From assembly GCA_013239625.1 (NCBI GenBank), contig MU053629.1, positions 4,863,567-4,927,566 on the forward strand: a DNA stretch of 64,000 nucleotides, read 5' to 3'. Positions 1 through 12,376 of this stretch are shown piece after piece. The notes under the pieces were generated by a model. The model was not told the DNA's origin. It did no database searches and saw only the letters and a list, made by a program, of their open reading frames with translations. Every line of letters starts with the position of its first letter. The stretch's first letter is position 1. The DNA comes from Lama guanicoe. Its lineage: Eukaryota. A program made the translations under genes and the position numbers.

Positions 1-109
1 TCTTTATACAGGTAAGTCACAACACCAGAACGTGGACATTCCATCGGACACTGCCCGAGCCTCTTCGATAATCAAAGCATGATATAAAGGGGAGGGGGGG
101 ATAAGGTAG

Positions 110-480
110 GAGACTGTCCTAGATTTAAAATCTTCAGGAAACATACTTTGAAAATGCAATGTGTGATCCTGAGTCAAACCAACTGGAAAAAGACATTTTG
201 GAACGATTGGTGAAATTTGAATACAGATATGAAAGGGTCATTAATTCTGTTAGGAACACATTTAATATCATGGTTATGTGGGAAATGTCTTCATTTTCTA
301 GAGATACACATTGAATTATCATGAAATAGCACAATGTCTGAAAAATGGCTTTCAAAATCTGAGCCAAAAAAAAAAAAAAGAATGAAGCAAACAGGGCAAA
401 ATGTTAATAATGATTAAATTCAGGTGGTAGGTACGCATTATCCTACTTTCCCTATTTTTACATATGTTTGAAAATTTTTT
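110..480 (+). mobile_element. Ancient L1 (L1MC/L1ME-type) 3' end fragment
   Basis: aaatgcaatgtgtgatcctg...aaagacattttggaacgattggtgaaatttgaata...ggttatgtgggaaatgtc resembles the L1MC4/5 3'UTR. Confidence 0.6.
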
Positions 481-825
481 TTATAAAGGGGATGGGGGAG
501 TAATATTATGCTATTCGAGCCTTTCCATGGCTTCCTAGCTCCTTAAGGTAAAACTCAGAGCTCTCACTATGGCCGTCAGGCCCTGTGAGATCTGGCCCCC
601 AGTTGCTCCTAGATCTCCCCACCTGCTGTTCTCCCCTGTGCTTGGGTCCCAGCTGCACTAGCTCCCTTGCTGTTCTTGCCAAGACCATTGGTGCTGCCTC
701 AGGGCCATTGCATATACGATTGCTCTGCCTGGCACATTCTCCAATGCCCCCCACCTCCACCCTCCATAGTCAGTGGGCCACCCCCTATCCCGTTCAGGAC
801 TCTGCCTCAAATGCAACCCCATCAG

Positions 826-932
826 GTGCTCACTTCAGCAGCACATATACTAAAGTTGGAACGATACAGAGAAGATTAGCGTGGCCCCTGCACAAGGATG
901 ACACGCAAATTCGTGAAGCGTTCCATATTTTT
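826..932 (+). pseudogene. RNU6: U6 snRNA retropseudogene, full length (107 nt), fused to an L1 3' end
   Basis: GTGCTCACTTCAGCAGCACATATACTAAAG...ACAGAGA...GAAGCGTTCCATATTTTT; 5 substitutions versus canonical U6 (3 are CpG>CpA); upstream DNA is L2, with no recognisable PSE/TATA. Confidence 0.97.
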
Positions 933-1038
933 CGATGAAAATGAACATAGGTATATTCATGTATGACTGAAAAATTATGCTGCACACCAGAAATTGACAC
1001 AGCATTGTAAACTGACTGTAACTCAATTAAAAAAAAAA
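933..1038 (+). mobile_element. Young L1 3' terminus with poly(A), the partner in the U6-L1 chimera
   Basis: atgaaaatgaac...gactgaaaaattatgctgcacaccagaaattgacacagcattgtaaactgactgtaactcaatt(A)n, like the L1 ends at 35055 and 41150; TSD aaatgcaaccccatcag (809-825) / aaatgcaagcccgtcag (1036-1052). Confidence 0.93.
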
Positions 1039-1150
1039 TGCAAGCCCGTCAGAAAGACCTTTTCTGACCCTTCGTCTGAAATAACATTTCCTTTCTTCTC
1101 TGCAGCATTTTCTCTTCCTCTTTTCCTGCTTCCGTGTATTGTCACCTGCC

Positions 1151-1510
1151 TTTTTAAAAAAAGTGTGGTAAATGTACTTCACATGAAATTTACCATTTCA
1201 GCCATTTCAGAGTTTGCAATTCACTGGCAATAAGTACATGCACGCTGTTGTCCAGCCGTCACCACCATCCGTCTCCAGAACTTCTTCACCTTCCCCATCT
1301 GAAACTCTGTACCCTTTCAGCACTAACTCCTCATTCACCCCTCCCCCAGCGCCTGCTCACCACCATTCTGCTTCGTGTCTTTATGAACTTGATTACTCTA
1401 AATACCACATGTAAGTGGGATCGTACAGTGTTCTTTTTTTTAATGGCTTATTTCACTTCGCATAATTTCTTCGAGGTTCATCTGTGTTATAGCCGGTGTC
1501 AGAATTTCAT
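1151..1510 (-). mobile_element. L1MB-type 3' end fragment
   Basis: gtggtaaatgtacttcacatgaaatttaccatt...ccagaacttcttcacc...gaaactctgtaccc...ggcttatttcacttcgcataat; short flanking repeat tcacctg. Confidence 0.85.
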
Positions 1511-1859
1511 ATCACCTGGATTTTATCTATTTATTTGCTTATGATCATAACTGGCTACCTTCCCACCCCCCATGGGAAGGGAAGGTCCTTGGGGGCAAGT
1601 GCCCTGTCTGTTTTTCTTGTTCCTCTAGACCAGTGCCTGGGCACAGGGTAAGCATTTAATAAATATTTGTTGAATAATTTGCCTCCTGTTAGGGTAATTT
1701 CCTTTTTTTTCCTTGCATAGAGCTGGGCTGCTTCTGTGAGCACGACTTGTCCATTCAGCAAGCAATTTTTAGCTCCCACTGTGCTGAACACTCAGGGGAT
1801 AGAAAGATAAGATAAAAAAAAAAAAACCATGTAGCTGAGAGGGTAAGAGTCATGGAGTC

Positions 1860-2365
1860 GACATCTGTTTTCATTGGGTTTTTTCTGCCCACCACTTACT
1901 CCCCTTTTCCTGATAATAGCAGTGAGATTTTCCTCTGCGGAGTCTCCCTCCCACTCTCAGTCTGTGTGGTTCTGAGGGATCCGTTTCATCCTCTGGTTTT
2001 AAGGAAGTACAGGCAACCCAGGCCTGCCCCTAAGACCCAGGCCTGGGGTTTTTGTTGCAATCATGGGGGGAAATGCAGCCCTTCCACTGAGACTATAGAC
2101 CTGGGAGGATGTTAGCCTTAAGTCATCCTGACCCACTGCATTGAATGCTTATGTTTGAGAATGAAGACGACATGGAAGAAAACAGAATTAAGAGATGGAC
2201 AAAATGAAATGGAGTCCTGATAACACTGAGTTCCTGGATCCACCCATGCCTGAAGGCGAAGGTCTGTCTCCTGTTAGCTTTGTGAGCCAATAAATTCTCA
2301 ACACCCCCTCCCTTATTTATTAGTCTTACTTTGATTTGAATTGGACTTCTATTCCTGACCAATAA
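1860..2365 (+). mobile_element. MaLR (MLT1-type) solo LTR
   Basis: cctggatccacccatgcctgaag...gtgagccaataaattctc...ttgatttgaattgg, typical of an MLT1J/K/L 3' part. Confidence 0.65.
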
Positions 2366-2424
2366 AAGGGAGATGGGCCAAATGGAAACCCCTTCTGCAG
2401 AGGGAGGACCAGGATGCTTGCGGG

Positions 2425-2690
2425 GTTAGGAAACTCAGAGCTGCTATCCAGAAAAAAGTTTAAGGAGCTGGGGTGTTCACTCAAGGAAGAGAAGCCTCTG
2501 GGAGACAGAGCTGTATCTTTAGATATGTAAAGAGCTGTCACATGGGAGGGGAATTAGATTTGCTCTAGATGATACAAGAGGGAACACCAGAACCAACAGA
2601 CGAATGTTTTCAGGAAAAAGACGTCAGTTGAGTTGAAAGAGGTTTCCGGAGCAGCCCAGAAGTACAGTGGTGACTTGGGAGTGAATGGGT
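2425..2690 (+). mobile_element. CR1/L3 LINE 3' fragment
   Basis: ggagctggggtgttcactcaaggaagagaag...agctgtatctttagatatgtaaagagctgtcacatgggaggggaattagatttgctct resembles the L3 ORF2 end. Confidence 0.7.
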
Positions 2691-3334
2691 CTAAGGGTGG
2701 GGTGTATACTGTAAGAAGAAAGGGCAGCCCTGTGTGGGTCTCATTCTAGATAACCCTCAAGTGCCATTTAGGATGAAACTGGGGACTCTGCCTATGCTGA
2801 CTGATGCAGACAGAGAATAAGTTTGTCACATGAACACATTAAGACTCCTCCTCTCCATTGGACCCAGTACCGACATGCTAGAAATTAATTACAAGGTTGT
2901 CCAAAACCACAACGGAAAGTCATGTTGGTCCATGGGTTATAAGAGAAGTGAGCTTTTCCAAGGATTTTGAAAATTTTTTTCTTATTAGATTAGCCTTTTC
3001 CATAAAACAGTATCTGGAACCAAAACACATGCTTTCATTTTTGTTAAGAATTGTTCTCAATGTGAAGAGTCTGGGTCCCAGCCCTGGAGCCATTCTGGAA
3101 GGCAACCAGAGCACAGCCCTGGAATAAAATATGCTCCCAGTGTGCGGCTATCCTGGGACCTCACACCATTCCCGTGGCAATGCAAGGGGGGGGGGTCTAT
3201 AAAAAAAATCTCAAACCCTCATCTGCCTGTTTGCCGTGGTCCCTCAGCCCTGGCTTTTGGCCCAGCAGCCAATCTTCAGAAGGTGTTTCTGGATGAGAAG
3301 AAAAATGGTAGTGACAGAATAGATAAGCGTGAGA

Positions 3335-3510
3335 CCACGTGTGTGGCAGGACGTTTGGCCTATGGAGTAAGAACTGGGTTCAAATTCGGACTCTACCATG
3401 GATCAGACACTCAATTTTCCAGAGTCTCAATTTCCTCTCTTACAAAAGGAAAATAATAATACTCTCTTAATGGGCTATTGTGAGGATTAAAGATAATGCC
3501 ATTAGGTGCC
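3335..3510 (+). mobile_element. MIR SINE (further MIR fragments near 4370-4530, 5395-5480, 5930-6060, 13680-14000, 27040-27250, 54200-54350, 61270-61490)
   Basis: ctgggttcaaattc...tctcaatttcctct...gctattgtgaggattaaa MIR core. Confidence 0.7.
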
Positions 3511-3700
3511 CGTTCTAGAGGGTGGGTGGTAATTGAAAGAATGGAAAAATATTTTAATAATGATTACTAGAAGACCAAAGGGCCTTCAAAACCCAAAGAT
3601 GGTCCTTAAATTTTGCTTTTTAGGTACGAGGAGGATGGTAAGAGGGAAGCTATTTTCTTGGGAGGGAGTCAAGGAGAGTATGAAGAATAGCTGGAGACTT

Positions 3701-3859
3701 GGGAAAGGGGATAGCTCAGTGGTAGACTGCATGCCTAGCATGCATGAGGTCGTGGGTTCAAGCCCCAGTACCTCCATTAAATAAATAAGTAAATAAGTAA
3801 ACATAATCACCTACCCCCCCCAAATTAAAATAAATACAAATAAGCAAATTTTTAAAGAA
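3701..3859 (+). mobile_element. tRNA-Ala-derived camelid SINE (vic-1 type)
   Basis: tRNA-Ala(AGC)-like head gatagctcagtggtagactgcatgcctagcatgcatgaggtcgtgggttcaagccccagtacctcca, (taaa)n spacer, A-rich tail, 18-bp TSD aagaatagYtggagactt (3683-3700/3860-3877). Confidence 0.92.
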
Positions 3860-3886
3860 AAGAATAGTTGGAGACTTTCAAAGCTT

Positions 3887-4300
3887 TGTGTGGGAGATTC
3901 TGCTAGTCACCCCACTAACTCCATCTCCCTTTTTTCCTGGGCGCATAGCTAGATTATAGCTCCCTGCCCACTTTGCAGTGAAGGACAGCCATGTGACCAA
4001 ATTCTCTCCAGTGGAGTGTGAGTGGTAATGATATGTGTCATTTGGGGGCTCCGGCCTTAAAATCATGGCCATTCTCCTCCTCTTTTCCCTTCCCACCAGC
4101 TGCAACCCAGATGTGGCTGCAAAATTAGCTTCAGTCATACAGGTAAGTCATAAATGGGCCCTGGAGACAGCAGAGCAACAACTTGGATGGAACCTGGGTC
4201 TTGACAGACTGTGTGCAGCTGAGCTGACAGCTATCATGGACTATCATGTGAAAGAAAAATGAACTCTTATGTTCCCTAAACCATGGTTTTATCCCTAACA
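3887..4300 (+). mobile_element. MaLR (MLT1I/J-type) solo LTR
   Basis: ctttgcagtgaaggacagccatgtgaccaaattctctccagtggagtgtgag...ggaacctgggtcttga...gtgaaagaaaaatgaactctt. Confidence 0.75.
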
Positions 4301-6194
4301 TCTGGTATGGACCATCTTGGGTAGGCCATCCATTTCTCCGAGTTGGTTTCCTTTTAATAAACCACGGGCAGCTGCGGTGTAGCAGGAAAAACCCTGGACT
4401 CAAAAGTGAAGAAATTTGGCTGCTTAGTGAACCTAATTAGCCATCTGTGTTTTGCATTATAATTGACAAAGACGTCCTTTGTGAGATCTAGTTTCCCCAT
4501 CTGTAAAATAGCAATCAGGCATGTGAAGAGGGTAAGTGAAAGTTTCATAAGCTGTCAAATGTCATACAGATGTGAGGGCCCCTCAGCATTCCGGGCAGCA
4601 GGGGACGCTAGACCTGCTCGATCTCGGCCGAGAGGCAAGGTGGGGTCTCCTGAAGAGGGGTCGGGGTACTGGGGGTATAAAAGTGGCTGGAGTCTGCTGC
4701 CTCGTACCTTGGACTGATTGACATGCCAGAGGCCAGCAGTGAAACGTCTGTACTCCTAGCCAGCTAATCGTGAAAGCATGCAGAATTAGAGATAAGAGTG
4801 AGAGCCTGTGTAACACCTTACATTGCAAACAATCTGCAGAGGAGAGCCACACTTAAAGAACAGCCATGGCCATCATGGGGCTGCCTTCCGAGATGAATGC
4901 TGGAGTTTGGCTCTAAATGCCAACATCCTTAGCTAATCTAAGTAATGCATTAGCAGGAAGAATTCAGTGGCTCGGAGCCCAAGTGGAGTTGTATAAAGAA
5001 CTCTTAAGAGCAGCTAGTAACCTCAGAGCAGGAGGCCCGAGTGCACGATGGGAGATGTAACATTTAATCAAATCTGGGGGGAGAGGGGTTGCCAAGAGGG
5101 CTGGGGGGTAGGAGCTGGGGTCTTGGCAACAGGCAGGTTGAGGGGGCCTCTGGCAGGGTCTCCACCACACCACAGATGGTTTTTGTCTCTGTGACTCGTT
5201 TGCTGTAAGTGAGATCAGCTCCGTCCGAGTCAGGAGTCCCAGATTAGAAGGTCTACCATCCTCTCACTGAAGAAGCCTGGAGGGGCTCAGCCAAAAGTCA
5301 GGGGGAAGGACGTCTCCCCTATTGAGAAGGAAGGCAGCCACTTACTGCTGACGTGATGGCCTCATGAGGTTTTGAAATTGTCTCATCCATTCCTCACCCC
5401 CAACTGCCATCTCCAATTCTCATTTTACAGCTGAGGAAACTGAGGCCCGGCATGGGGAACCACAGTTCCCAAGTTAACACAGAAGAGATAGGGTCCACGG
5501 AGATCATCTCCTCCAATCCAAACCACCCCCCTGGCCCCCATCCTGTTATTTCACAGACACGATCCCGAGAGTGCAGAGAAAGTGACAAACTCACTTTCAG
5601 GGTGGAAGGGGGAGTAGTGGCCAGACTCCCTGGTCCAAGTCCAGGGAAGGTTGACCACCACAGATCGGCATCTTCTCTGCTGCGAGTGATGGTCATCAAA
5701 GGCCCCTGGCTGAGCTGGCTTACTGGGCCTCTCTGCAGCTGTAGGCAGCCTGGGAAGGGATCCCTGCAGGACAGGGTCAGATGCCTGCCCTTGAATGAAT
5801 CAGCTGTGGTCAGGAGGCAGGACAATTGCAGATGATGGCAGCTCCTACAATGAGCAGGTAGCTGGAGCTAAGGGGAGATCCCAGGAGAAGGGGATGCAGA
5901 GCAGACAGTTCCCATGGACACGTCCTGCAGCCTCCTTGACCTCAATTGTCTTCATCTGTGAAGTGGGGACCATAACTGGCCATACCATAGGGCTTTTATG
6001 AAGAGCAAACAAAGTAATATATGTAAAGTCTGCTTTATGGAAGGACCTAGTACGTATTAATTCCCTTCTCCCTTTGTTTTTTTTCCAGGAGTATTTCTAT
6101 CATTGGAAGCTATCACCTATACCCAAATTCACATTAAAAGAGGAAGTGAAAATCTGACCTGAAAACTCCAGTATGAAGAAAGGGAGCGATGTGG

Positions 6195-6450
6195 TCTAAT
6201 TTTTAATTTTTAAAGATCCCTCTGGCTGCTGGGTGCAGCATGATCGGGAAAGGAGGCAGGGAGGATGCTTAGGAAGTGATTGCAATAGTCCAGGCGAAAG
6301 ATGCCTGTGGCTTGGTCCAGGTAGTAGGAGTGAGGACAGCGGGGGAGAAGTGGGTCCGATCTGAGAGATTCTGAAAGGAGAGTTGACAGCCCTTGGATGT
6401 GGGGACAAAGAGGCAGGCACGGATCAATAACAGCTCCCGAGTTTGAGGTT
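6195..6450 (-). mobile_element. L2 ORF2 fragment
   Basis: ttttaaagatccctctggctgctg...gattgcaatagtccaggcgaaagatg...gagaagtgggtccgatctgagagattctgaaagga. Confidence 0.75.
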
Positions 6451-6815
6451 TGATTAATTGCTTTTTAAAGAACTTTATCTTCATTTTCTTTTTTTCTGGG
6501 TGGGTTATTGACTGGTTCTTTTTGAAAAACAATGTTGTGCTTACTTTTTGAATAGTCAACAGTTTCACATGATATGAAATCAAGACATAAAAGGTGTGCA
6601 GTGAACAAACACAGGTCTTCTCCTTGGACTCAACCCAAATTCTGAATTTAATGTGTATCATTTCGGAGCTATTTTATGCATATGGATGCAAATTTATATA
6701 TGGATACACACATATGCATATAATGGAAATATTTCTCCCTTTTTCTACAAATAACATACACATTTTTCTGTACCTTGATTTTTCTACTTAAAAAGACGTC
6801 TTGAAGATTATTCCC

Positions 6816-7349
6816 ATCCTAATTATCTTGCTGCATAACAAATTACCCCAAAACTTAATGGCTTGTGGCAACAACATTTGCATCTCAACTTCTGTAGATC
6901 AGGAACCTAGGCGCCCTGTCAGCTGGGTCCTCCACTTGGGGCCTCTCCCAGGCTGCCATCCAGGTGTTGACGGGGATCAGATGCCAAGTTCACTCGTGGG
7001 GTTGTTGGCAGGATTCAGTTCCTTGGGAGTCACTGGACTCAGTGGCTTAGTCCGTCTCATGTCCTGGCCACGTGGGCGTCTCCCACACGGCAGCTTATGT
7101 CATTAAGGTAGGTATGCTGAGAAGGAGGAGAGTGAGCAAACTGAGAGCCCGATCCCCAAGTGCCATCCATCACCCTTGCTATATTCTAGTTGTTGGAAGA
7201 AGGCATTGGGTCCAGCTGTCCCCCACACCCCTCCCCAGCCACCACATGCATGTGCACACATCCACACACACACAGGGAGGGGATTATAAAGGTTGTTAAT
7301 CCCAGGAGGCAGGAATCACTGGGAGCTATTTCAGAAGCTGCCGACCACA
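6816..7349 (-). mobile_element. MaLR (MLT1F/G-type) solo LTR inside an old L1 fragment
   Basis: ttgctgcataacaaattaccccaaaacttaatggctt...gttggcaggattcagttcctt...ggaggcaggaatcactgggagctatttcagaagctgccgaccaca. Confidence 0.8.
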
Positions 7350-9225
7350 ATCCTCTACCAGTACATAATAAAAAGCATGCTTGGTCTGTCCCAGCCTTCC
7401 ATCATACGGATGAGCCCTGTCCCTTTAACCGAGGCTCTGCTGACAGGCTAAAGAGTTAGTATCTTTTATCTCTACTGGTGGGGAAGCTCCTGAGAGCAGG
7501 GGTCTTCTATCTGCGGTGCATGTAGCTGGCGCTCAGCTAATTCTGTGCTCTTTGGGGGGGTGTGGAAAGGGTTCCTGGTTCTGTCTTAATCATGAGTGCA
7601 CTGAGCCATACACTGTTGTTTGTTCTTTGTGGAACTGTGGGTACTTTGAATGGGTGTTTTGGAAGATTTGGGCAACTCTAGTCTAGAGGACGGCAGAAAG
7701 CATAGTCAAACGTGATTGTCACCTGGAACAGAAACTATGGAGAGGGCCTGGACCATTCTGGGCTGGACACAGATGGTACATACATCCTGGGCTGGACTGA
7801 TCTGGAGGGTTCTGTATTCCTATTATCATTGTGCTGTTTGCAAAGAGCAACACTGTGGCCTTGGGAGGGGGGTAAATGCCATTAAAGGAAAATTCCCACT
7901 GCCAGTCATCCTGGGAGGAAGGCTGTCCTGGAGCAGAAATTGAGGACTTAGCATGTGGGCCTTGCGGGTGATGGAGAAGTTCGTCCCCCCTCCCTCTCTC
8001 TGTCTCCCTGTTTGAAGAAGGGTGCATCTGCCCTATGAGGGAAGACATGGTCCAGGCCACCCTGGAGGTGGTGCAGGGCTGGGCCCTGCCGTGTGGAGCA
8101 AGCTGGGACTGGCCAGGTGGTGGCCCTGTGAGATAACCCGGGTACCAGTCTAGGATCTGTGGGTGCTGAGAAGAACCATCCTGATCAAGGATGTGAGTAT
8201 TTCTCTTTGTTTTCCTCTTCTTCCATGGTCCCCTAAATTTTATCAGCTCCTGCTAAACACTGTGTCTGATCCATTAAATATTGAGAAAAGGGCCCCAGCC
8301 GTGATTGGGGCTGAGTGGCTAAGAGGAGACCAGCAGTGGGCTCAGTGGTGGCACCCCCAGAGGATGGCCATGCCCAGCCTGGTGGGAATTCAGAGGGTGT
8401 GGGGACCACAGCTGGAGGGAAGAACATAAAGGGGACATTCTGGGGCTGATGTGACCCAGCACCGGAGGGCTCTTCAAAACAGCTTGGAACAATCTGCAGA
8501 GGCTGGGTTCCCATGAGGGCCAGGAGGGTTCAAAGTAAATTGTAATTTGAGTATTTAACTGTGATGAGACAGTTTATTATCATTGGCTGAGAAAGGCTGA
8601 GATAGCCATTCTGTTAGATGTTGTGGTAGTAAGAGCAGATAACACCAATAATCTAGTGTGTCAACATTGTAACAGAACTTCCCACTTTACAAAGTGTTTT
8701 TACATACGCCCGTATCTAGTTGATCCTCAGATAATCCTATAAGATAGGTAAACAGGTGTTACGTTAATCGTTCTTATTAATTAACAGAAAGAAATGCATC
8801 TTTTTGACAAGCCTGGAGCAGTTACTGCCTGCTACGAAGTTTTCCGTTACAGATGCAAGAAAACAGTGGCCTCGCGCTTTCTGCCTGTCCGGTTGTGGCA
8901 GCCCAGATTGAACAGGGGAATACAGGGTGAAAAGTGTTTTGCAACTTTGTGAACAGTAAAAGCCTGCTTTGCTCCAAAGAGGCGGGGGGAGGGTGGTAGA
9001 TGAACAGGATGAGCCCTGTGAAATCTCTTTACTTATAGGTCAAATGTGGTTCAGTGTCTATAATTTACATGGTTCAGCTGAATATTATTATATAAACCAT
9101 AACTATAATTATGAATAATAATAACAACAGGTACCTTTAAGGAAAAAGAGTTAGCTGGCATATTGCTAAGCTCTTAACACATCTGCTCTGATTCAGTTTG
9201 CACAAGAGCTTGCTGAAGTGGTACT

Positions 9226-9652
9226 TAAGGATGGAGGGGTGCTCCTCCTGGCCCCCCTTCAGGGCCCACAAACCCATTCCCAGCTGCTGGGGTCTCACTG
9301 CTCCTTCCCTCACTGGGAATCCTGACTACGGGTTGTTGCCTCCGGCCAGGTGAGGTCCAGGCCCAGGGCCGGGGGCGGGGGCGGTCTGCAGCCAGTGGCT
9401 GGTTGATGTGCAAACGTCTTACCCCGGCCTCCTTGCCTTGTTCCGGGACCCTCTGAAGGGCCAGCCCAGCTCCGAGCTCCCTTCTAGGATCAGCTGAGGC
9501 CTCGGTTGTAACCACATTGGAGATTGGTGTCTCCCTCTTTGCAATCCTGTCTTCTCATTTACAGGTGTACCTGCCAGGAGCACCGCCTGATAAACCTTCT
9601 GCAGACAATTCTCCAGCTCAGAGTCTGCTTTTGGGGAACCCAAACCAAGCCA
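9226..9652 (+). mobile_element. ERVL LTR (LTR16-type), 5' LTR of a truncated provirus
   Basis: cagctccgagctcccttctaggatcagctgaggcctc...ataaaccttctgcagacaattctccagctcagagtctgcttttggggaacccaaaccaagcca. Confidence 0.8.
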
Positions 9653-11565
9653 GTTTGGGCTGGAGGTGGTCCTAGGAAGCAGAAGTGGGAGTTTGGAGAG
9701 GGTCCATTTGCCAGACAGCTGTCAGCGGAGAACCCATCACTGGGGGAGAAGTCAGGTTAATCCCTGGCATGCTGTAACCTCGTAATTGTTAAAACTCAGT
9801 GCTGGTGACCTGGGCCGGGGTAGGGGACACGGGCGGGAGGGGTCACACTGGCTAGTGCCATGTCTCTGGCGCTTGAGGGAAGTAGTGGGTGTTAGAACTA
9901 TGGAAATGAATGACTTTGCTGAGATGGGTGATTTGCTAAAGACGGGTAATGACAGTCTCAAGGTGAAAAATCACCCAGGCCAAAAGCGAAAGCCCGGAGA
10001 CCTCCTGGGCAACATGTGAGGAAATCTCACCTGCAGAGGAAGGACCAGGCTTAAGACTTAGTGGTACGTGTAGCAGAGCTCCAGGGAAGGTAGAATTCTT
10101 CAATCTGACATGGCCTTGGGTGCCAGGCTCGGAGCCCTGTGAGGAAAGGGGTGGGAACCTGAGACTTGAGTAAATGCACTTAAGAACCTTGACCTCTCCG
10201 ATTCTTCTGAACCCACCGGGCCTGCAAAAGTGAGACACTTCTTGTCGGCAAGTACTGGCCCCTCTTCTAGAAAGGTCACACTCAGTGTCAAATGAGGCAG
10301 GCCCCTGCGAAATAATGCTTGTCCTCAGAATCTACCTCCGCCGCCTCTCTGGTGCTCTGATGGACCACAAGAGTCAAATCCGAACCATGCTGGGCCCGCT
10401 CAGGGAGGAGAGGGACTCCACGCTGAAGGAGCCAAGGATCTGGCTAATTTCTTCCAGCAGGGAGTGTGCACAGAACTCAGTCCTGCGCTGGACCAAGACG
10501 GGAGGAAGGTGCGGTTGCATCAGAGCAGGTGTTGGTAAGGAAGTACTCTTCTATGAGACAGGACTTAACACTCTGGCCAGGAACCCGGGAGGTGGTGCTG
10601 ACACACTTTAAAGATGGATTTTGAGAAGCTTAGGAAAAGCAATGGTCCACAGAGCTGCCGTGGCACACAGTGGAGGAAGCACTAGAAAGGCTGAGAGGAG
10701 TGGGCATTCTAGACCATTTGTAGGACCCAAGGCCAGAAACCCCGCCAGCTGTTCCGAGGGAGGCCGTGGAGAACACCCCATATCGAAGCAGTAAGGGGTG
10801 AGCTGGGGAGGGAGGGAGGGGCACGAGCTTTATACACAGTAGGAGACACTATCACAGAACGAGGCTCTGATACCCATGGGGGTCATAGAACCCCCCCCCA
10901 AATAGAATAGAGGCCAGGTGGCGGTGTTTAACCTTTAGAACCCAGGTGGGCACAATTATTGCACTGAGCAGCAAAATCGGAGTGGCGATCAGGAGGGCCT
11001 GACCCGCAAAGGGCTATAGAGACGGTTACCAGAACACAGTGTTCCTAGAGGCAAGACAGATGGATGGCCGACCCTGTATGGCTTAATTTAGACAATCAAA
11101 AGAAACCAAGGATGGATGAACGGGGGCTGAAGGCAGCCGCCCCCGGTAAAATGTCGTGATTCCTTAACCCGTTTCTGGACCTGAGCCACTGACGAAAGGA
11201 CATGCAACATCATGGTAAATGTCTGAAGTAACATTTCCCCCAGGTCCTTTCCAAAAAAGGATCCATGACCATATACTTCTGTAATTGAGCATGAGGAAGG
11301 GGGAATTGTAAGGACTTGAAAGAATTGTTGGTACAGGGTCTGAACGGACATTGGTATCTGGTGACCCAAAGCATCATCACGTCTCCATTAGAGTGAGGGG
11401 AGCCTGGGGGCCAGGGGATAATGGAGCCCTGGCCTTCCCCCAGCTCACAGTGAGTTCACTGGGTCCAAGGGTCCACTGTGGTTATGTATCTGTTCCTGGG
11501 TGTCTATTGGAATAGACATACTTGGGAGAACCCCAACATTGGTCCCTTGACCTATGGAATAAAAA
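9653..11565 (+). mobile_element. Degenerate ERVL internal region (ERV3-16A3/HERV16-like; gag and protease remnants), 3'-truncated
   Basis: Starts directly after the LTR with gtttgggctggaggtggtcctaggaagcag; 11325-11560 gives frameshifted LL(D)TGSERTLVSGDPKHHH...IGIDILG.NPNIGPLTYG, an ERVL aspartic protease remnant. Confidence 0.8.
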
Positions 11566-11963
11566 CGCTCCCTCCCCTGGCTCCAGACTTCTCAGAGTGA
11601 AGACCTCTAGACCGGCACCTGCCTTTGCCCAAATCATGAACGTCGTCACTCTGCCTGCAGGAGCCCAGGCCTCTCTGTCTGGATTCCCCTTCCTCCCTGA
11701 AACCCCTTCCCTTTTGAATGATTCTGACTGTAGGTTATCCTGCTGAGGACAAAGTCCTCTCCAGATGGGCTTCCTCTCCCCTGGGCCTTTGTCCTTTCTG
11801 CTGGAACCTCTCGCTGGGGGTAAAAGGCTCTGGGTCCTGAGAAACGGACCCTCAGCCGCAGCTGGTGATGCTGGTGATCTGGTGATGACAGCTCTCCCTA
11901 GAGAGGACCTTTGAGTCCCTTGGGGAGGGCCAGGCTGGCTTTGGAGACAAGTCGTGGATAGCT

Positions 11964-12376
11964 TTGATTTATTTATTTGTCTGATTGTTTGTTTGAAGTG
12001 TAGTTGATTTATAACATTGTGTCAATTTCAGGTGTGCAGTATAGTGATTCAGTATTTTTGCAGATTATATTCCATTACAGATTATTGCAAGATAATGGGT
12101 ATAATTCCCTGTGCTGTGCAGTAAATCCTCGTTGCTTATCTGTTCATGTATAGCAGTTTGTATCTGTTAATCCCATTCCCCTAATTTGTCCCTCCCGCCT
12201 TCCCTCTCCCCTTTGGTAACCACCAGTTTGTTTTCTATGTCTGTGAGTCTGTTTCTGTTTTGTATGTAGATTCATTTGCATTATTTCTTAGATTCCACAT
12301 ATAAGTGACATTATAGAGTATTTGTCTTTCTCTGTCTGACATTTCAGCAAGCATAATATCCTGTAGGTCCATTGCT
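11964..12376 (-). mobile_element. Cetartiodactyl-type L1 3' end
   Basis: gaagtgtagttgatttataacattgtg...ccctgtgctgtgcagtaaatcc...tctgtgagtctgtttctgttttg; 10-bp TSD gtggatagct (11954-11963/12377-12386). Confidence 0.9.

Larger units (their letters stand above)
515..1678 (+). mobile_element. L2 LINE 3' region, interrupted by the U6-L1 chimera and an L1MB fragment
   Basis: L2 motifs gcctcagggccattgca, ctcaaatgcaaccccatcag|aaagaccttttctgacc and terminal cagtgcctgggcacag...aataaatatttgttgaat; the sequence resumes across both insertions. Confidence 0.75.

Noticed and set aside
826..932. Functional U6 gene
   Set aside because: No upstream PSE/TATA, CpG decay, L1 tail and TSDs indicate a retrocopy
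585..938. 117-aa ORF ending GTIQRRLAWPLHKDDTQIREAFHIF
   Set aside because: Spurious translation of L2 plus the U6 retrocopy
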